A stretch of DNA of 64,000 nt, taken from the NCBI GenBank assembly GCA_963804165.1, contig CAWDPO010000002.1:128001-192000 (forward strand), in the 5' to 3' direction. Positions within the stretch are counted from its first letter, which is position 1. Every line of letters begins with the position of its first letter. Both the position numbers and the translations under genes were made by a program. The stretch comes from an uncultured delta proteobacterium. GTDB lineage: Bacteria > Desulfobacterota > Binatia > UBA9968. Shown here piece after piece: positions 1 through 9,230 of this stretch. Below the pieces are notes generated by a model. That model saw only the letters and a list, made by a program, of their open reading frames with translations. It did no database searches and was not told the DNA's origin.

Positions 1-519
1 GTAGATCGGCTGCGCCAAACGACAACCCGATGGAACTACAACAACCGCGCCGTCGCCCATAAACGCGGTATTGAGCGCCACGAAAGCGTGACTTGTAGGG
101 TTGGCATGACGCCCGAGCTGAGCCGGCAAAAGCGGGTCGTCGCGCTTGACCATATCTGCTAGGCTTGCGAGTCGCACTCCCTGAGGCAGATCTTGCCCGG
201 AAGAAATTTCGCGCGCCCACGCTCCGTTGACGAAACCCAAACGAGGACAAGCGGGGTCGGCAAATCCTCGCGTAATCACTTCCTCGGCATTGATACCTGT
301 CGCGGCGCCGTTCGCCTGCGCGAAAGGCAACGACGCGATTGGCTCGACGCTGGTGTATTTCCAGTCTTCGTCTTTCGTCGTCGGAAATCCCCGTGCCGCA
401 AAGCTCGCGATTCCCGCCCGGCGCAGTTCCTTGAGCCAAGCTGGAGCGTTGGCGTTTCCATTCGACTGCCACTGCTCGAAGGCCGCCAGATATCGCTCTT
501 TACTTTCCGCAGCGATCAT
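1..519 (-). CDS. sufD: Fe-S cluster assembly protein SufD (5' part, runs off window)
   Basis: Not in ORF track. Manual translation from ATG 519: MIAAESKERYLAAF...GFPTTKDEDWKYTSV (SufD P-x4-E-x-W-K-Y-T motif)...FVALNTAF. Directly downstream of sufC. Confidence 0.88.
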   Translation of the reverse strand, partial: MIAAESKERYLAAFEQWQSNGNANAPAWLKELRRAGIASFAARGFPTTKDEDWKYTSVEPIASLPFAQANGAATGINAEEVITRGFADPACPRLGFVNGAWAREISSGQDLPQGVRLASLADMVKRDDPLLPAQLGRHANPTSHAFVALNTAFMGDGAVVVVPSGCRLAQPIY

Positions 520-548
520 ATTCTTTCCAACTATAAGGGACGTGTGAC

Positions 549-1307
549 TTATTGCACGGCAGCTGCTTCGCCCTTGAGCCAATCGTAGCCCTTACTCTCC
601 AGCTCGAGCGCCAATTCTTTCGTGCCGGACTTTACGATTCGGCCGTCGTGCAACACGTGGATGAAATCGGGCACGATGTAATTCAATAAACGTTGATAAT
701 GGGTAATGACGATCATGGCGCGGTCCGGCCGCCGCAGCGCATTGACCCCGTTGGCGACGACGCGCAGCGCGTCGATATCGAGGCCCGAATCCGTTTCGTC
801 GAGCAACGCCAGCATGGGATCCAACACCGCCATTTGTAAAATCTCGTTGCGTTTTTTTTCGCCGCCGGAAAAGCCTTCGTTCAGCGGCCGATTGATCAGC
901 GCCTGATCCATTTCCACCAGTTTCAATTTTTCTTTAATCAGAGTGAGGAACTCCATCGCGTCCAGCTCTTCGAGACCGTTGTGTTTCCGCACCGCGTTGA
1001 GCGCGGCTTTGAGGAAATAGGTCGTACTGACCCCGGGAATCTCGACGGGGTATTGGAACGCAAGAAAAATCCCTTCGCGGGCGCGCAACTCCGGGCTCAT
1101 GGCCAGGAGATCTTTGCCGCGGTAAAACACTTCACCGCCGGTGACTTCGTAGTTTTCGCGTCCCGACAAGACATGCGCCAGAGTACTTTTTCCCGAACCA
1201 TTCGGTCCCATGATCGCATGCACTTCACCCGCGCCGACATGAAGGTCGATGCCGCGCAAGATTTCCCGACTGCCAACCTTTGCCGTAAGCCCGTGAATAT
1301 CCAACAT
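549..1307 (-). CDS. sufC: Fe-S cluster assembly ATPase SufC
   Basis: GPNGSGKST Walker A, FQYPVEIPGV, NEGFSGGEKKRNE, LDETDSGLDIDAL; start MLDIHGL at 1307. Confidence 0.97.
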   Translation of the reverse strand: MLDIHGLTAKVGSREILRGIDLHVGAGEVHAIMGPNGSGKSTLAHVLSGRENYEVTGGEVFYRGKDLLAMSPELRAREGIFLAFQYPVEIPGVSTTYFLKAALNAVRKHNGLEELDAMEFLTLIKEKLKLVEMDQALINRPLNEGFSGGEKKRNEILQMAVLDPMLALLDETDSGLDIDALRVVANGVNALRRPDRAMIVITHYQRLLNYIVPDFIHVLHDGRIVKSGTKELALELESKGYDWLKGEAAAVQ

Positions 1308-1335
1308 GCTCAAACCTTTCGAAATTCCCTGTCGC

Positions 1336-1788
1336 TCAAACCGCCTTTTGCAGGGGCGCTTTAACCAATCGCCGTTTGAGGCCTTGTCGGTCCGCAATCT
1401 CGGCGAGCGAGACGCCGGCGAGAAATTCGGCGAGCACGATCTGCGCCTTTTCCCAGACCGATTTTTGCGAGCACACCGCGCAAAAAGAACAATAATTGGC
1501 GCCCTGTTCGAGACACTCCATCAACACCAGCGGTCGCTCGACGGTCTCGTAAACATCCTTGATCGAGATCGCCTCCGCGACCTTGGCGAGGGTAAAGCCG
1601 CCTTTGGAGCCGATGTGCGACTGGACCAATCCGCCAGCGACTAGATCTTTCATGATTTTGGATAGATAGAATGACGGAATATCCTGGCTCTTCTCGATCT
1701 CGGCTCGGCTAATGATCTTGCCCGCCGGTTGTCCGGCAAGATAAGACAACGCCCGGACCGCATAATCCACGCGTCGCCCGACGTTCAT
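1336..1788 (-). CDS. Rrf2-family (IscR/SufR-like) Fe-S transcriptional regulator
   Basis: DYAVRAL...YLSKIM...GSKGGFTLA wHTH; Cys cluster CLEQGANYCSFCAVC; heads the suf operon. Confidence 0.92.
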   Translation of the reverse strand: MNVGRRVDYAVRALSYLAGQPAGKIISRAEIEKSQDIPSFYLSKIMKDLVAGGLVQSHIGSKGGFTLAKVAEAISIKDVYETVERPLVLMECLEQGANYCSFCAVCSQKSVWEKAQIVLAEFLAGVSLAEIADRQGLKRRLVKAPLQKAV

Positions 1789-1844
1789 TAATGAACTGCG
1801 TACGCCCTTAACCTTCGCGCGATTCACGATTGCCTCACAATTTG

Positions 1845-1874
1845 AATATAGACTCTGTAAGTCTGCATTGTCAA
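1845..1874 (-). promoter_or_regulatory. sigma70 promoter with overlapping Rrf2/IscR-type operator
   Basis: Minus strand TTGACA-N18-TATATT; contains AGACT-N5-AGTCT (1850-1864), matching the GACT-N5-AGTC core of IscR type-1 boxes. Confidence 0.6.
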
Positions 1875-2078
1875 GGTGGCAAGACGAGAGCCTGATTCCA
1901 CCGCGGATTACGAAGTCGGGACCAATGGTAGACGGATTATTCGGTCATCCCGGACCACCCGACGTCGGGCGCCGTCGCGGAGCTATAAAATAACTAATAG
2001 TCGGATACACGCCGATTAGAATACCAACGCTGCCGGTGTCACGGCGATTTCTTCGAACGGAAGAGTCCATTCACCTTC

Positions 2079-2792
2079 TCACGTCCGCGATGCCAAGAAG
2101 TCATCGACGGCCCGATTGACTTCGTCTGGTTGTTCCGCGAAAGGGAAATGACCGGCATGTTTGAGTTTCAGATATTGCGAGCCGGAAACGGCGTTGTGTA
2201 TCTCAAGCTCATACTCCGGTGTCGAAGCGGGATCGTCGACTCCGCGTATCAGGAGCAGTGGTGGCGCGAGCGTATGAATTCGCTCGCGCACATCGAAATG
2301 ATCGATCGCCATGAAATCACGGTGTTGCGATAACGGCCCTACCCTGCGGTGACACTCCACGAGATGGTCCCGCAATTCCGGCTTCATGAACAAGAATTGA
2401 TGGCGCATGGTTTCCAGCCATTGCCGGTATGTTCCAGGATCCGCCGCGGCCTTCAAGCGAAACTCCAGCGCACCCCCCGCTCGCTCCCTCGGTCGCATCC
2501 CGGTGGTCATCAACACAAGTGCTTTCACCTCCTCGGGATAGTCGAGGCCATACTGGAGTGCGATGCAACCACCCAGCGTATAACCGACCAGTATCAGCTC
2601 TTTCTGTTTGCCCTTAGACCACAACCACCCTCTTAGCCACTCGGTATATCGTTCCACATTGGTGCAGGGCGCACCGTCCGGATGGCCGGGCAATGTCGGC
2701 GCGAGACTGCCGGGATAGTGTTCGAGCTGATAAACGAATGAGTCGGCGCATCCTCCGGCGCCAGGCCCATGGACAAAAACCATTTGAGTCAT
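2079..2792 (-). CDS. alpha/beta-hydrolase fold protein
   Basis: VFVHG, GYTLGG elbow (Thr at nucleophile position), GVDD, AGHFPFAEQP. Confidence 0.85.
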   Translation of the reverse strand: MTQMVFVHGPGAGGCADSFVYQLEHYPGSLAPTLPGHPDGAPCTNVERYTEWLRGWLWSKGKQKELILVGYTLGGCIALQYGLDYPEEVKALVLMTTGMRPRERAGGALEFRLKAAADPGTYRQWLETMRHQFLFMKPELRDHLVECHRRVGPLSQHRDFMAIDHFDVRERIHTLAPPLLLIRGVDDPASTPEYELEIHNAVSGSQYLKLKHAGHFPFAEQPDEVNRAVDDFLASRT

Positions 2793-2858
2793 AGGTTGCT
2801 CCTAGGCATGGGACGCGAGGCGACAGTCAGACGTTCCTTTCCGATTCGTCCCACGGCT

Positions 2859-3128
2859 TCACTCCTCCTCAATTGCCCGCACCATCGTCACCACACTTTT
2901 GTTGACGGCAAGAAACGGCGCGTCGAACTTCTCGTTTGGCTCCGGCAGCGCTTCCACTTTCGCGTCCGTCAGGGCGAGAAAGTGCTTATCCGCATTGTTT
3001 AGAAAGTCAGATAGCCGCACACTGTATCCGCCCACCCCTGCCAGTGGCACGAACAGCGTTCCTCTGATTTTGTAGGTGTCAGTGAAAATCTCGACTTCAA
3101 TTCGATAGCCCTTGGCCTCCGCCATCAT
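2859..3128 (-). CDS. small hypothetical protein (DUF6812-like)
   Basis: IRGTL...RLSDFLN...FLALTDA...FLAVNK pattern; GAGG RBS upstream. Confidence 0.7.
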   Translation of the reverse strand: MMAEAKGYRIEVEIFTDTYKIRGTLFVPLAGVGGYSVRLSDFLNNADKHFLALTDAKVEALPEPNEKFDAPFLAVNKSVVTMVRAIEEE

Positions 3129-3240
3129 CGCATCCTCGCTGGATGATTAAGACTCGCCATCGCCGCGTGGGGACAAAACATGTGTGCTCGCTCGGGTCAC
3201 CTTACTTTACGGTCGCAACGCGTGGCGAAGCGTCATCGCG

Positions 3241-4593
3241 TTAAGCGCATAACCGGATTAACTCCCTTACATCGACCAGTTTATCGAGGCTCCCGATCAA
3301 ATCACGCATTTGCTGCGCGCGATCACGGCCGATCACGGGCTCGGCGTTTGCCATGAATTTTGCCTCGAGCGCGGCCTCGCTCATGGGATTGTCCGCCGTT
3401 CCGGTGGCGTGCTCAATAAACGCACGATGTTTCACACCATCGATGACGACGACCGCCTCTGCCTCGTCGTTGCCGAGTGATTCGTCGATCATCACCTTCA
3501 CTTTGCGCCGTAGGGCGATCACGGACGGATCGCTGGCGCGTCCGTCGGTGTACTGCGGGATACGCGCCGCGCCGTCGATAAGCGCCACGGCTGCGCTGTG
3601 ATAGACGCTGAACTTGGATTGCAGTCCCGACGCGGGCTCCTCGAGGCCGGTCACCGAAACGACGAGAGGATTGACGCGCAATTCGATAGCATCGATCCGG
3701 GCGGGATCGATTGTAACCTGGGAGCGTAGGGCGATCACCGCGTCGATCACCGGATGCTGCACGACTCCGCAGGCGTAGGGCTTGTGGCCGTTGCGCGTGA
3801 TCTCCCAGCGGGAGCCCAACTCATCGGTGAGCGCTTGCGGCGCCGCCACGTCGCTGTAGATGCGGCAGTAGCCGCGCTTGCCTTCGATGATTTCCAGCGA
3901 GCCGTCGAAGCCGCGCTCGGCGAGGAGCGCGGCCAGCACGCCGCTCGATGCCGCCTTGCCGGCGTGAAATGACTTGCACATCGTGCCGCGATTCTGCTGC
4001 ATGCCTGCCGACTGGGTCGCAGCGATCGCCATTGCGTGGTTCAGGCGCTTGGCATCAAGCTTGAGCAGCTTTCCCGCCGCGACGCCGGCCGCGATGCTGC
4101 CGAGCGTGCCGGTCAAGTGCCAGCCGCCTCGATGATGTCCCGGCGCCGTCCGGCCGGTACGCACACCCGCTTCGAATCCCACGGCGTAGGCAAGCAGAAA
4201 GTCCGCACCGCTCACCAGATCTCGCTCGGCAATCGCGAACAGCGCGGCAAGCGTCGGCGAACTCGCGTGCAGCAGTGTACCGCCCATATGTGTGTCGTCG
4301 TAGTCGAGCACGTGCCCGGCCTGGCCGTTGGCGATCGGCGCATCGAGAAATCCCAGCTTCAAGCCGCGTCCGAAAACCGTCGCCTGCGGCCTTCCGCCCG
4401 CCTCCTGCAGCACCGCCAGCAGATGATCGAGGGTTGGATGGCGGCTTCCCGCGACCACACAACCCAACCAGTCGAGCACTCCGCGCTTGCCTTCGTCGAT
4501 CGCTCTGCGGGGCAATTCAGCAAACCGCACCGACGCCATCCGCGCGCAGAATTCACGCGTCGCTCCTGAGACTTCCGGGGCTGCGTCGTTCAA
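3241..4593 (-). CDS. MmgE/PrpD family protein
   Basis: HVLDYDDTH, GWHLTGTLG, KSFHAG, KPYACG, KFS motifs. Confidence 0.93.
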   Translation of the reverse strand: MNDAAPEVSGATREFCARMASVRFAELPRRAIDEGKRGVLDWLGCVVAGSRHPTLDHLLAVLQEAGGRPQATVFGRGLKLGFLDAPIANGQAGHVLDYDDTHMGGTLLHASSPTLAALFAIAERDLVSGADFLLAYAVGFEAGVRTGRTAPGHHRGGWHLTGTLGSIAAGVAAGKLLKLDAKRLNHAMAIAATQSAGMQQNRGTMCKSFHAGKAASSGVLAALLAERGFDGSLEIIEGKRGYCRIYSDVAAPQALTDELGSRWEITRNGHKPYACGVVQHPVIDAVIALRSQVTIDPARIDAIELRVNPLVVSVTGLEEPASGLQSKFSVYHSAAVALIDGAARIPQYTDGRASDPSVIALRRKVKVMIDESLGNDEAEAVVVIDGVKHRAFIEHATGTADNPMSEAALEAKFMANAEPVIGRDRAQQMRDLIGSLDKLVDVRELIRLCA

Positions 4594-4739
4594 CGTGTCA
4601 CTCCCCCTCTCAACCGGCTCTCGGCCGGTTCTTCGACGAGCACTGCCTAAAACAGAATCGGTGTCAGAAATTCACAGCTACGATCAGTCACTAACGGTCA
4701 GGTCATGAGCAAAGTGCCCGGTGAATAAACGTACAGTTG

Positions 4740-5624
4740 CTACCCAAGCTCGAATTCCGGACTTTGGATGTCTCCACCCCAGATATCGACGGGGCTGCCG
4801 ACTGGATAGATTATCGGCTGATGAGTGGCGTCGTCGAGACGTCGATGGCCCCAGCCGAACTCAACGGCGAATCCGCCCGGGGTTTGCACGTAAACATGGA
4901 CGGTCTGACAATTGATATGGCGGCCGGGTCCCATGCCGATCGGCGCTTTGTGAATGCGCAAGAAATGATACGAGCGCATGACATCGTCGAGGGACTCCAC
5001 TTCCAGCATCACGTGTTGCAGTCTGGGAGATTTGCCGGGCATGCACGGCGCAAAAGCGACGGAGTGATGGCGCGCATTGCAGCGCAGGAAGCACAAACGA
5101 ACGTTGTCATCGATGTATACCCAGTCGCTCAGGCGAAAACCCAACACAGCCGTGTAGAAATCATGCGACCGCTGGGTATCCCTCACGGTGAGCAGCACGT
5201 GACCCAAACCCAGAACGCTCAGGTCCCGGGTGTAGCGCACCGGCTCTTTTGCGACTTCGAAGCCGTACGCCAGTGCCAGATTGTGTCCGTCGGGGTCGGT
5301 GAATTCGATAAAATCTTTCACACGCCGCTCGATGCACTCTTCCGGCATGCCGTGGCGCCAATGGATGCCTTCGGCTGTGAGCTTGGTCTGCCATTCGGCT
5401 AGCTCTTGCGGACCACCGGCGTCGAAACCGAGATAGCGGAGAGTCGACTCCCGAGCAGTCGACGCCGCGATGCGATGCTGATACCGATCCGCCCGGATAT
5501 ACGTGAGCATCCCATCCGACGACCGGCTCACTGGAAATCCGAGCGTATCGCGCGCAAAAGTTTCGAATCCTTCACGATCCGGCAAGCCCACTCCGACCTG
5601 CATGATATCGATGATTGTCGTCAT
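4740..5624 (-). CDS. extradiol ring-cleavage dioxygenase (BphC/HsaC-type, two VOC domains)
   Basis: GLGHVLL, FLRCNARHHS, LQHVMLEV, GRH, YVQTPGGFAVEFG. Confidence 0.9.
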   Translation of the reverse strand: MTTIIDIMQVGVGLPDREGFETFARDTLGFPVSRSSDGMLTYIRADRYQHRIAASTARESTLRYLGFDAGGPQELAEWQTKLTAEGIHWRHGMPEECIERRVKDFIEFTDPDGHNLALAYGFEVAKEPVRYTRDLSVLGLGHVLLTVRDTQRSHDFYTAVLGFRLSDWVYIDDNVRLCFLRCNARHHSVAFAPCMPGKSPRLQHVMLEVESLDDVMRSYHFLRIHKAPIGMGPGRHINCQTVHVYVQTPGGFAVEFGWGHRRLDDATHQPIIYPVGSPVDIWGGDIQSPEFELG

Positions 5625-5700
5625 GATTGACTTTCCTTTTGGCGCGATGCGAGAGAGCCAGGCTGTGTTTGTTTAATATTGCGGATTTCAGGACACAATA

Positions 5701-5875
5701 GTTCAACTGGTTGAAACAGTGCAACCCGTTCAAAGTTTGATCATCGAAGCAGGTAAGACTTTCCCAGCAAGCACATGATTAAGGAATCCGACGACGATCA
5801 CCCCTTTACTATTCTCCGCGGAAACAAGCCGTGACTAGTGCGCGGACCTTTTTCGATGACGTGAACGTTTGGAAT
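5701..5875. repeat. degenerate 9-bp tandem array with weak inverted counterpart
   Basis: gttcaactg/gttgaaaca/gtgcaaccc/gttcaaagt (5701-5736); gtgaac...tggaat at 5861-5875. Confidence 0.4.
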
Positions 5876-5937
5876 GGATGTTCCCAGTTTACACTCGCCC
5901 TCTTTTTCCTCACGACCCCCTGTGCTAGAAAAATTCC

Positions 5938-6480
5938 ATGTCGATACTCAAGGTCACCCGCCTCGGGCATCCGGTCCTACGTAATATCACCGAGCAAGTG
6001 CCGCTTCAGGAGCTGCAATCCCCGGTCATGCAGAAATTTATCGACGATATGGTCGAGACGATGAAAGAGTATGAGGGCGTCGGCTTGGCGGCCGATCAGG
6101 TTTTTGAGTCGAAGCAAGTTGCCGTGCTCGAGGTCGCGGATAATCCGCGCTATCCGAACAAGCCGGCGGTGCCGCTGACGGTTTTGGTGAATCCCAGAAT
6201 CACGCCGCTGTCCGACGAAATGGAAGAAGACTGGGAAGGCTGTCTCAGCATTCCCGACTTACGCGGCCGGGTGCCGCGTTACAAGAGTATTCATGTTCAG
6301 GCCCTCGACCGCGACGGCAACCCGCTCGACTTCGTCGCCGAAGACTTTCACGCCCGCGTGATTCAGCACGAGTTCGACCATTTGAACGGCAAAGTCTATC
6401 TCGACCGCATGCGCGATTTGACGACGCTCACGTTTCTGCAGGAATTGGCCCGCTATTGGCTCCGTTCCGAGCAGGGTTAG
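5938..6480 (+). CDS. def: peptide deformylase
   Basis: GVGLAA, EGCLS, QHEFDHLNG. Confidence 0.97.
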   Translation: MSILKVTRLGHPVLRNITEQVPLQELQSPVMQKFIDDMVETMKEYEGVGLAADQVFESKQVAVLEVADNPRYPNKPAVPLTVLVNPRITPLSDEMEEDWEGCLSIPDLRGRVPRYKSIHVQALDRDGNPLDFVAEDFHARVIQHEFDHLNGKVYLDRMRDLTTLTFLQELARYWLRSEQG

Positions 6481-6545
6481 TTTTGAGCTTTGAGAGAAAA
6501 GCTTTGAGGCGTGAGTCGGACGTTTTGAAAATCAACGCTCAACGG
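6481..6545. repeat. degenerate 7-bp tandem array (NNNTGAG) followed by inverted units
   Basis: ttttgag ctttgag agaaaag ctttgag gcgtgag tcggacg ttttgaa, then atcaacg ctcaacg. Confidence 0.55.
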
Positions 6546-6589
6546 TTTCCTCCCGGCCCTATCACTCCAGCCTCGTTGAGTTTCCTGTC

Positions 6590-7906
6590 ATGAAAAGTTA
6601 CAGTCGCGCCATGCATTCTCCTCAGCTCGAATCATCTTTGGAACGACTCCTCGGCGCTGTGTCAGCGGGAACCGCGCCGATTTTGGAGCGCGCTCTTTCG
6701 GGCCAAGACATCAGCGTCGACGAAGCGGCGCGGTTATTCGATGCCAACGGGTCGGATCTTTTGGCGATGATCGCCGCGGCCGACGAACTCCGCGCCCGAA
6801 CTGTCGGCGACGTCGTCACCTATGTCATCAATCGCAATATCAATTTCACCAATGTGTGCGTCAAAGCCTGCGGCTTTTGCGCCTTTAGCCGCGGTCATCT
6901 GGCCGAAGAAGGTTATTACCTGCCCAACGAAGAAATTATCCGGCGCGCTCAAGAAGCTCATGACTTGGGCGCGACGGAAGTCTGCGTGCAGGCCGGCCTG
7001 GCGCCGGGCATGGACGGCTGGCACTACGTGAAACTCTGCCGCGCTTTGAAGGAAGCGCTCCCCGATATCCACGTGCACGGCTTTTCCCCTGAGGAAGTGC
7101 TCTACGGCGCGACCCTCACGGGAGTGAGTATTCGCGAGTATCTCGTTGCGCTCAAGGACGCCGGCGTGGGAAGTCTTCCGGGGACTTCGGCGGAAGTTCT
7201 CGTGGACGAAATCCGCCAACAGGTATCGCCGGGACGCATCGGCACCACGCAGTGGGTCGAATTGATCCAAACCGCGCACGAAGTTGGTATCCCCACCACG
7301 TCGACGATCATGTATGGCTACATCGAAAGCTCCCTCGACAAAGCCATCCATTTGAATATTTTGCGGGAAATTCAAAAGCGCACCGGCGGCATCACCGAGT
7401 TCGTGCCGCTCAGTTTCGTCTACGAAGAAGCGCCGATGTTTCACCGCAAACCGCCCGCCGGATTGCGCCGCGGCGCCAGCGGCGCCGAAGTGATGAAAAT
7501 GTATGCGGTGTCGCGATTGATGTTGAACAACACCATTCCCAACCTGCAAGTATCGTGGGTGAAAGAAGGGCCGAAACTGTCGCAAATCGCGCTTCTCGCC
7601 GGCGCCAACGATTTCGGCGGCACGCTGATCAACGAGAGCATTTCCACTGCGGCGGGTGCCGGCTACGGTCAATTGATGAAGCCGTCGCAATTCCGCGGCA
7701 TGATTCGAGAGATGGGGCGCATTCCCGCGGAGCGCTCGACGACCTATCAAAAAATTCGCGTCTTCGAGTCCGAAGATCAGCACCGCGACTTGCTCGATGA
7801 GGTCAACGATCCGTCGCAGCGGTTCGGCTCTTATCAGAATCTCATCCAACTGAAAGAGTACCGCTTTCGCGATTTTTACCGGACGCAAAAAGATCTCAGA
7901 GATTAG
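6590..7906 (+). CDS. cofH: radical SAM FO synthase subunit CofH
   Basis: NRNINFTNVCVKACGFCAF (CxxxCxxC), LPGTSAE, TEFVPL, SWVK, ANDFGGTLINESIS; MqnC/MqnE are the related alternatives. Confidence 0.8.
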   Translation: MKSYSRAMHSPQLESSLERLLGAVSAGTAPILERALSGQDISVDEAARLFDANGSDLLAMIAAADELRARTVGDVVTYVINRNINFTNVCVKACGFCAFSRGHLAEEGYYLPNEEIIRRAQEAHDLGATEVCVQAGLAPGMDGWHYVKLCRALKEALPDIHVHGFSPEEVLYGATLTGVSIREYLVALKDAGVGSLPGTSAEVLVDEIRQQVSPGRIGTTQWVELIQTAHEVGIPTTSTIMYGYIESSLDKAIHLNILREIQKRTGGITEFVPLSFVYEEAPMFHRKPPAGLRRGASGAEVMKMYAVSRLMLNNTIPNLQVSWVKEGPKLSQIALLAGANDFGGTLINESISTAAGAGYGQLMKPSQFRGMIREMGRIPAERSTTYQKIRVFESEDQHRDLLDEVNDPSQRFGSYQNLIQLKEYRFRDFYRTQKDLRD

Positions 7907-7918
7907 TCGGCGGCCCAG

Positions 7919-8566
7919 ATGAATGCTTCAACAGCGATGAACGGCGACCCAGCGCAGTTTGAAGCCATCGGCACTCGCCTCGGATTTAGTGTCGCCGAGC
8001 ACACGCCCGAACGGCTGCGTTTACTTTGGCAAGGTCCGCGTTTCCCAGCGTTTCTTTGCCTTGGCATCGCACTACTCCTGTTGTTCGTGTCGGTACCTAT
8101 CGTGCAAGCTCTGCATCAGCGTGGATTTATCGGACCTGCGGCGTCGCTGTGGTATTTTCCCCTGATGAATTTGATCCTCTTCGGCATCGCGATCTTTCTG
8201 ATCACGCAGCGCCGCGTCATTGAAATCGACGGCGACGCGCGTGTGATTACCCTGCGCCGCCAGAGCCTCTATCGTTCGATAATATTTTGCGCGTCGTACG
8301 GCGAAATCGAGAGCGTGGAACTCGGGGTCGATCAGGTCTACAGCGGCTTTGCCTTGGGCGGCTCTACCGCGGCGCAACAATTCGCCGTCCCATCATTGCG
8401 CCTAGGTCTAAAAAGCGGCGACGCCTTGTTATTGGACCGCGGAAGCTTTCGCAAGCTCACGGAGCTGGGGAAGCTGGTGAGCGAGCGCATTGCAAAACCA
8501 CTCGAGATCGATCCGCAATTGCAGCCGCAAGCGCAAGCGGTTCCGGAAGAAAATTCAGGGAAATAA
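7919..8566 (+). CDS. hypothetical membrane protein (2 TM)
   Basis: Two hydrophobic segments followed by a beta-rich soluble domain; 12 nt after cofH. Confidence 0.75.
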   Translation: MNASTAMNGDPAQFEAIGTRLGFSVAEHTPERLRLLWQGPRFPAFLCLGIALLLLFVSVPIVQALHQRGFIGPAASLWYFPLMNLILFGIAIFLITQRRVIEIDGDARVITLRRQSLYRSIIFCASYGEIESVELGVDQVYSGFALGGSTAAQQFAVPSLRLGLKSGDALLLDRGSFRKLTELGKLVSERIAKPLEIDPQLQPQAQAVPEENSGK

Positions 8567-8571
8567 GTCGT

Positions 8572-9225
8572 TTAGGAAGCGGCGGCGCGGCCGATCAGCT
8601 GATGTAACTGCGCAATGGCCTTTTTGACCCCTTCTTGGGTCAGCTGCTCGGCGTTCAACCATCTAACACCGCGCGCGCCGATCTCCCCGATGGCGAAAAT
8701 ATTTTCACTCAGCGACTTTTGCGTTTCATCGAAACTCGCGGACCAGATCACATCGCCGCGCCGCACATCGACGAGATCCAACACGAACCCCACCGACGCC
8801 GGACTCTTGGCACCCCACTCGTCGCCCACTCTCTCGCGATAGCGCCGCACTCTGCCGATCATCACGGCGTCGGCGTACACCATCTCACCGAGTTGGCGCA
8901 AGCGCGCCGATTCTCCCGTTGCTGTGATCGTTTGACTGACTTCCCGCACTTCGCTCTCGGATACGATCTGCCAATTGGGGAGGCTATTCATCACGGAATA
9001 GATGATCCGCGCTAGCGTTTCCGACGGATCGCGCTCGGCATTTTTCGCTTCGCCTGGCCCTGCGGGCGTTCTCAAACGCTGTGCGCTATTGTCGCCCGGC
9101 AGCATGACTGCAATCCGCCGGATGCGTCGCGCTTCCAAGTCCGTGGAATGCCGGCTTTGCAGATTGCCGGGCCCGAAGCTGCAGCTGCACAGCAAAAGCA
9201 TGAGAAGTGAGAAAACTTTTACCAT
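8572..9225 (-). CDS. putative lipoprotein
   Basis: MVKVFSLLMLLLCSC lipobox-like signal; ADAVMIG...PASVGF...GDVIW pattern; follows aspS. Confidence 0.75.
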   Translation of the reverse strand: MVKVFSLLMLLLCSCSFGPGNLQSRHSTDLEARRIRRIAVMLPGDNSAQRLRTPAGPGEAKNAERDPSETLARIIYSVMNSLPNWQIVSESEVREVSQTITATGESARLRQLGEMVYADAVMIGRVRRYRERVGDEWGAKSPASVGFVLDLVDVRRGDVIWSASFDETQKSLSENIFAIGEIGARGVRWLNAEQLTQEGVKKAIAQLHQLIGRAAAS

Positions 9226-9230
9226 ACCAA

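Noticed and set aside
6734-7888. Long antisense or alternative-frame ORFs (also 4036..4569, 39102..39893, 44029..44835, 57584..58495)
   Set aside because: Shadows of real high-GC genes with no recognisable motifs
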